The notes below the pieces were generated by a model, which was not told where the DNA came from, did no database searches, and saw only the letters and a program-made list of their open reading frames with translations. From NCBI GenBank assembly GCA_030390025.1, contig CM059432.1:133302001-133366000 (forward strand): a DNA stretch of 64,000 bases, written 5' to 3'. Positions 61,585 to 64,000 of this stretch are shown here, piece by piece (the first letter of the stretch is position 1; the number at the start of each line of letters is the position of its first letter). The position numbers and the translations under genes were made by a program. Source of the DNA: Squalus acanthias (taxonomy: Eukaryota).

Positions 61585-63541
61585 CAATGTAACCAAGTGT
61601 AGCAGTTTGATTTTTTTAAGAATAAATGTCACTATTTTTTATTTGCCACAACACTCCTCATACAAAATAACATTGAAATTACTGAATGAAACTGTTGGAA
61701 TATGTGAAACTGACAAGAAACCACTGAAACTCCACTAACCTGACAACTGCGATGATCCCTTTAAATAATTTCCCTGGAACCGGCATCCTGCTGCTTCACA
61801 CCAGCTCTCCCTGTCACTGTTTACTCCAGGCACTAAGGTAGGTGAGGACAATCAATTTTGCAGATCAGGCGGTCAGTGAGCGTTGCACACTCACTGATGT
61901 CACGATCCACCTGGCGTTGAGGCTCCCAGCGATAACTGTTACTGGCGGTGCTACGGGGGGTGGGGGGGGGGGATTGGTGGGGGGCAGGATTTGGCGTGCA
62001 CCACTGGATTCGCCTCGCCCTGGTGATTATGCTCCTGCGCCCTGTTACCGCCATCTGCTGGTGATAACGGGAGGTGCTAAGGAGCCAAATTTTTCCCCCA
62101 AAGAATGAGGGAAAGCATTCGAATGTGCAAAATATTTTCATCGGAAAGAAGAGGTAGCGATGGGGTTCATAACCTGAAAATGCTAAAGCACAGGAAAGAA
62201 ATGTGAAATGCTATACACTACCAAAAGATTATCCGAGTCAGTTATTTGAAGATGCAACAGAAAGACAAAAGTAAAGAGTCGGACAAGGCTCCAAATGGAT
62301 TTTGTCTGAACAGTGAGTGTCGATGACACTATTCCTGGAACTGGATTGGCGAGTTACTCAGCCCAATGGTGCAAACGGGGCCATTAATCTTTACCCTTAA
62401 AGTAGAATGTGGAACTCGCTGCCACAAGGAGTAGTTGAAGCGAATAGCATAGATACATTTAAGGGGAAGTTAGAAAAGTACACGAGGGAGAAATGAATAG
62501 AAGGATATGCTGAAAGGGTTAAATGAAGTAGGGTGGGAGGAGGCTCGTGTGGAGCATAAACACCAGCATAAACCAGTTGGGCCAAGTGGCCTGTATCTGT
62601 GCTGTACATTCTATGTAATTACCTGTAATGAAGGATGGTTCAGTAATCTTTGTTATTTTGACCGTATTTATCTTAATTCACCTCCCTCACGACGACTCTT
62701 CCAAGCCAGTTTCATCTGATTACTGGTTAAAATTTTGAGTGCGATTCCCCTCAACACTGGGAGAGTGCTTTTATCTGCAACATTAAATTACCTTTTAGAT
62801 ATTGACTGTTCATTTTCAGCAGTTTCTGTTTTATTTAAAGATCTCCTGCATTCAAATGTTCATTTCACCTTCATGGAGGGGGAGTATGGGGAAAAAAATG
62901 TCATCTTTTAATAGAAAACAGAAGACCATCTGGTTTCTCCACTAATCATTAATAAAACACATTCTCAGGAATGACTTGATTCGTAACCACGTGTTACGTA
63001 ACTTCATTAGCATGTCATTAATTATGGAGGAAAAATGGACATTCTAGTGCGTTTTGTTGAGAGGAACTTCAGTCCCTGATGGTCTAGTGTATGTTATTAG
63101 AAGGAACAACTTTTTATAGACTTGGTGATCTGGATACTCTTGCTATCACTTATTCATCCCTCTGTTTTCAGCCAATGAATACACGTTTTCAACAATTTGC
63201 CTCCCTCTAGGTACACATCCTGTAACCCAAGACGCAGTGTGTTAATTCAGTCCACATACTTTGTCATAACGAATTGTTGTACTGTCTGAAATTGTAACAT
63301 TTGAATTGAGTTTTAATTTTAAAGAAAAGTACATTGACATTTTCCTGAGAGGAGTGGGACATTTCGATCAGATTTGTCGAGGATGTTTGATTTATGGTCA
63401 CTTCCACATTATGCACCGTCTCAGCATTCAGAAATAGTATCAAGTCTCTTTGGATAAAATTCCATCTTGGTATCCTCAAAATCACGCTGCCAGTTATCAT
63501 TTTCACAACAAATGTCGACTTCCTCTTTCCTGCTCATCAAG

Positions 63542-63757
63542 CGGAGATGCCGGTGTTGGACTGGGGTGGACAAAAGTGAGAAGTCGCACAACACCAGGTT
63601 ATAGTCCCAACAGTTTTATTTGAAATCACAAGCTTTCGGAGCTGCTGCCCCTTCGTCATTCCTTTACTTCACCTGACAAAGGGGCAGCAGCTCCGAAAGC
63701 TTGTGATTTCAAATAAAACTGTTGGACTATAACCTGGTGTTGTGCGACTTCTCACTT
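63542..63757. mobile_element. Second Penelope-like family: ~85-bp inverted arms with hammerhead cores and a 12-bp TSD
   Basis: CTGCTCATCAAG at 63530-63541 and 63758-63769; arms 63574-63658 and 63674-63757 differ by one substitution and one indel; + strand UCAC CUGACAA A GGGGC AGCA GCUCC GAAA GC UU GUGA. Confidence 0.82.
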
Positions 63758-64000
63758 CTGCTCATCAAGGTGAGAGATGCCAGTGATGGAGAATGGAAGA
63801 CTGGCCTCGATTTTAAAGGGGGAGGCGGGAACAGAGAGCGTGCGATCCCTGAAGTGGGTGGTGCACCAGGAAAGTCCGGGAGTGTGGAGACCCAGTCGGG
63901 CCTCGTTTACATAAATCCTCCCAGAGACCCGCCCGAATCCGGCCAGATCTATCACCGGGCCAGTGGGCAGGAGCAGGAGTTCGGCGACAGGAGGCCACAG

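Larger units (their letters stand above)
58046..62099. mobile_element. Near-complete two-gene PIF/Harbinger element 2
   Basis: Myb/SANT gene (+) convergent with transposase (-); right TIR AATTTTTCCCCC ends at 62099 after a family A-type GATAACGGGAGGTGCTAAGGAGCC block; left end (about CGTGGAGAAATC) diverged and approximate. Confidence 0.88.

Noticed and set aside
63574..63757. Intrinsic terminator or pre-miRNA
   Set aside because: Eukaryotic context; the hairpin is better explained as inverted arms of a TSD-flanked element

Overview
Repeat-dense, apparently intronic or intergenic DNA from a cartilaginous fish, most likely a shark. The taxon call rests on HE1-type V-SINEs, HER1/CR1 LINEs and tRNA-Deu-L2 SINEs resembling SacSINE1. 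I could not identify any intact host protein-coding gene; most short ORFs in the track are repeat artefacts. The window holds a whole PIF/Harbinger community: (i) two near-complete two-gene elements, each with a HARBI1-like DDE transposase convergent with a 3-exon Myb/SANT gene, both disabled by CpG-decay stops or frameshifts; (ii) a third, fossil transposase; (iii) internally deleted derivatives; (iv) at least 8 MITEs with 12-bp TIRs and 3-bp TSDs. The TSDs vary but their flanks converge on a palindromic AAAMAC-NNN-GTNTTT-like target. The least obvious signal is a set of short non-coding, Penelope-like elements carrying minimal type-I hammerhead ribozyme cores (CUGANGA...GAAA-CG/GC-UH). They form two families, mostly as divergent inverted pairs, and two copies appear to be hit by Harbinger MITEs at the predicted cleavage site. 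Also present: a 716-bp solo LTR with a 5-bp TSD, a hAT-like MITE, multi-level nested insertions, hairpin elements, two candidate minus-strand exons and several repeat-free, enhancer-like stretches. All calls were made by eye; no database search was run.
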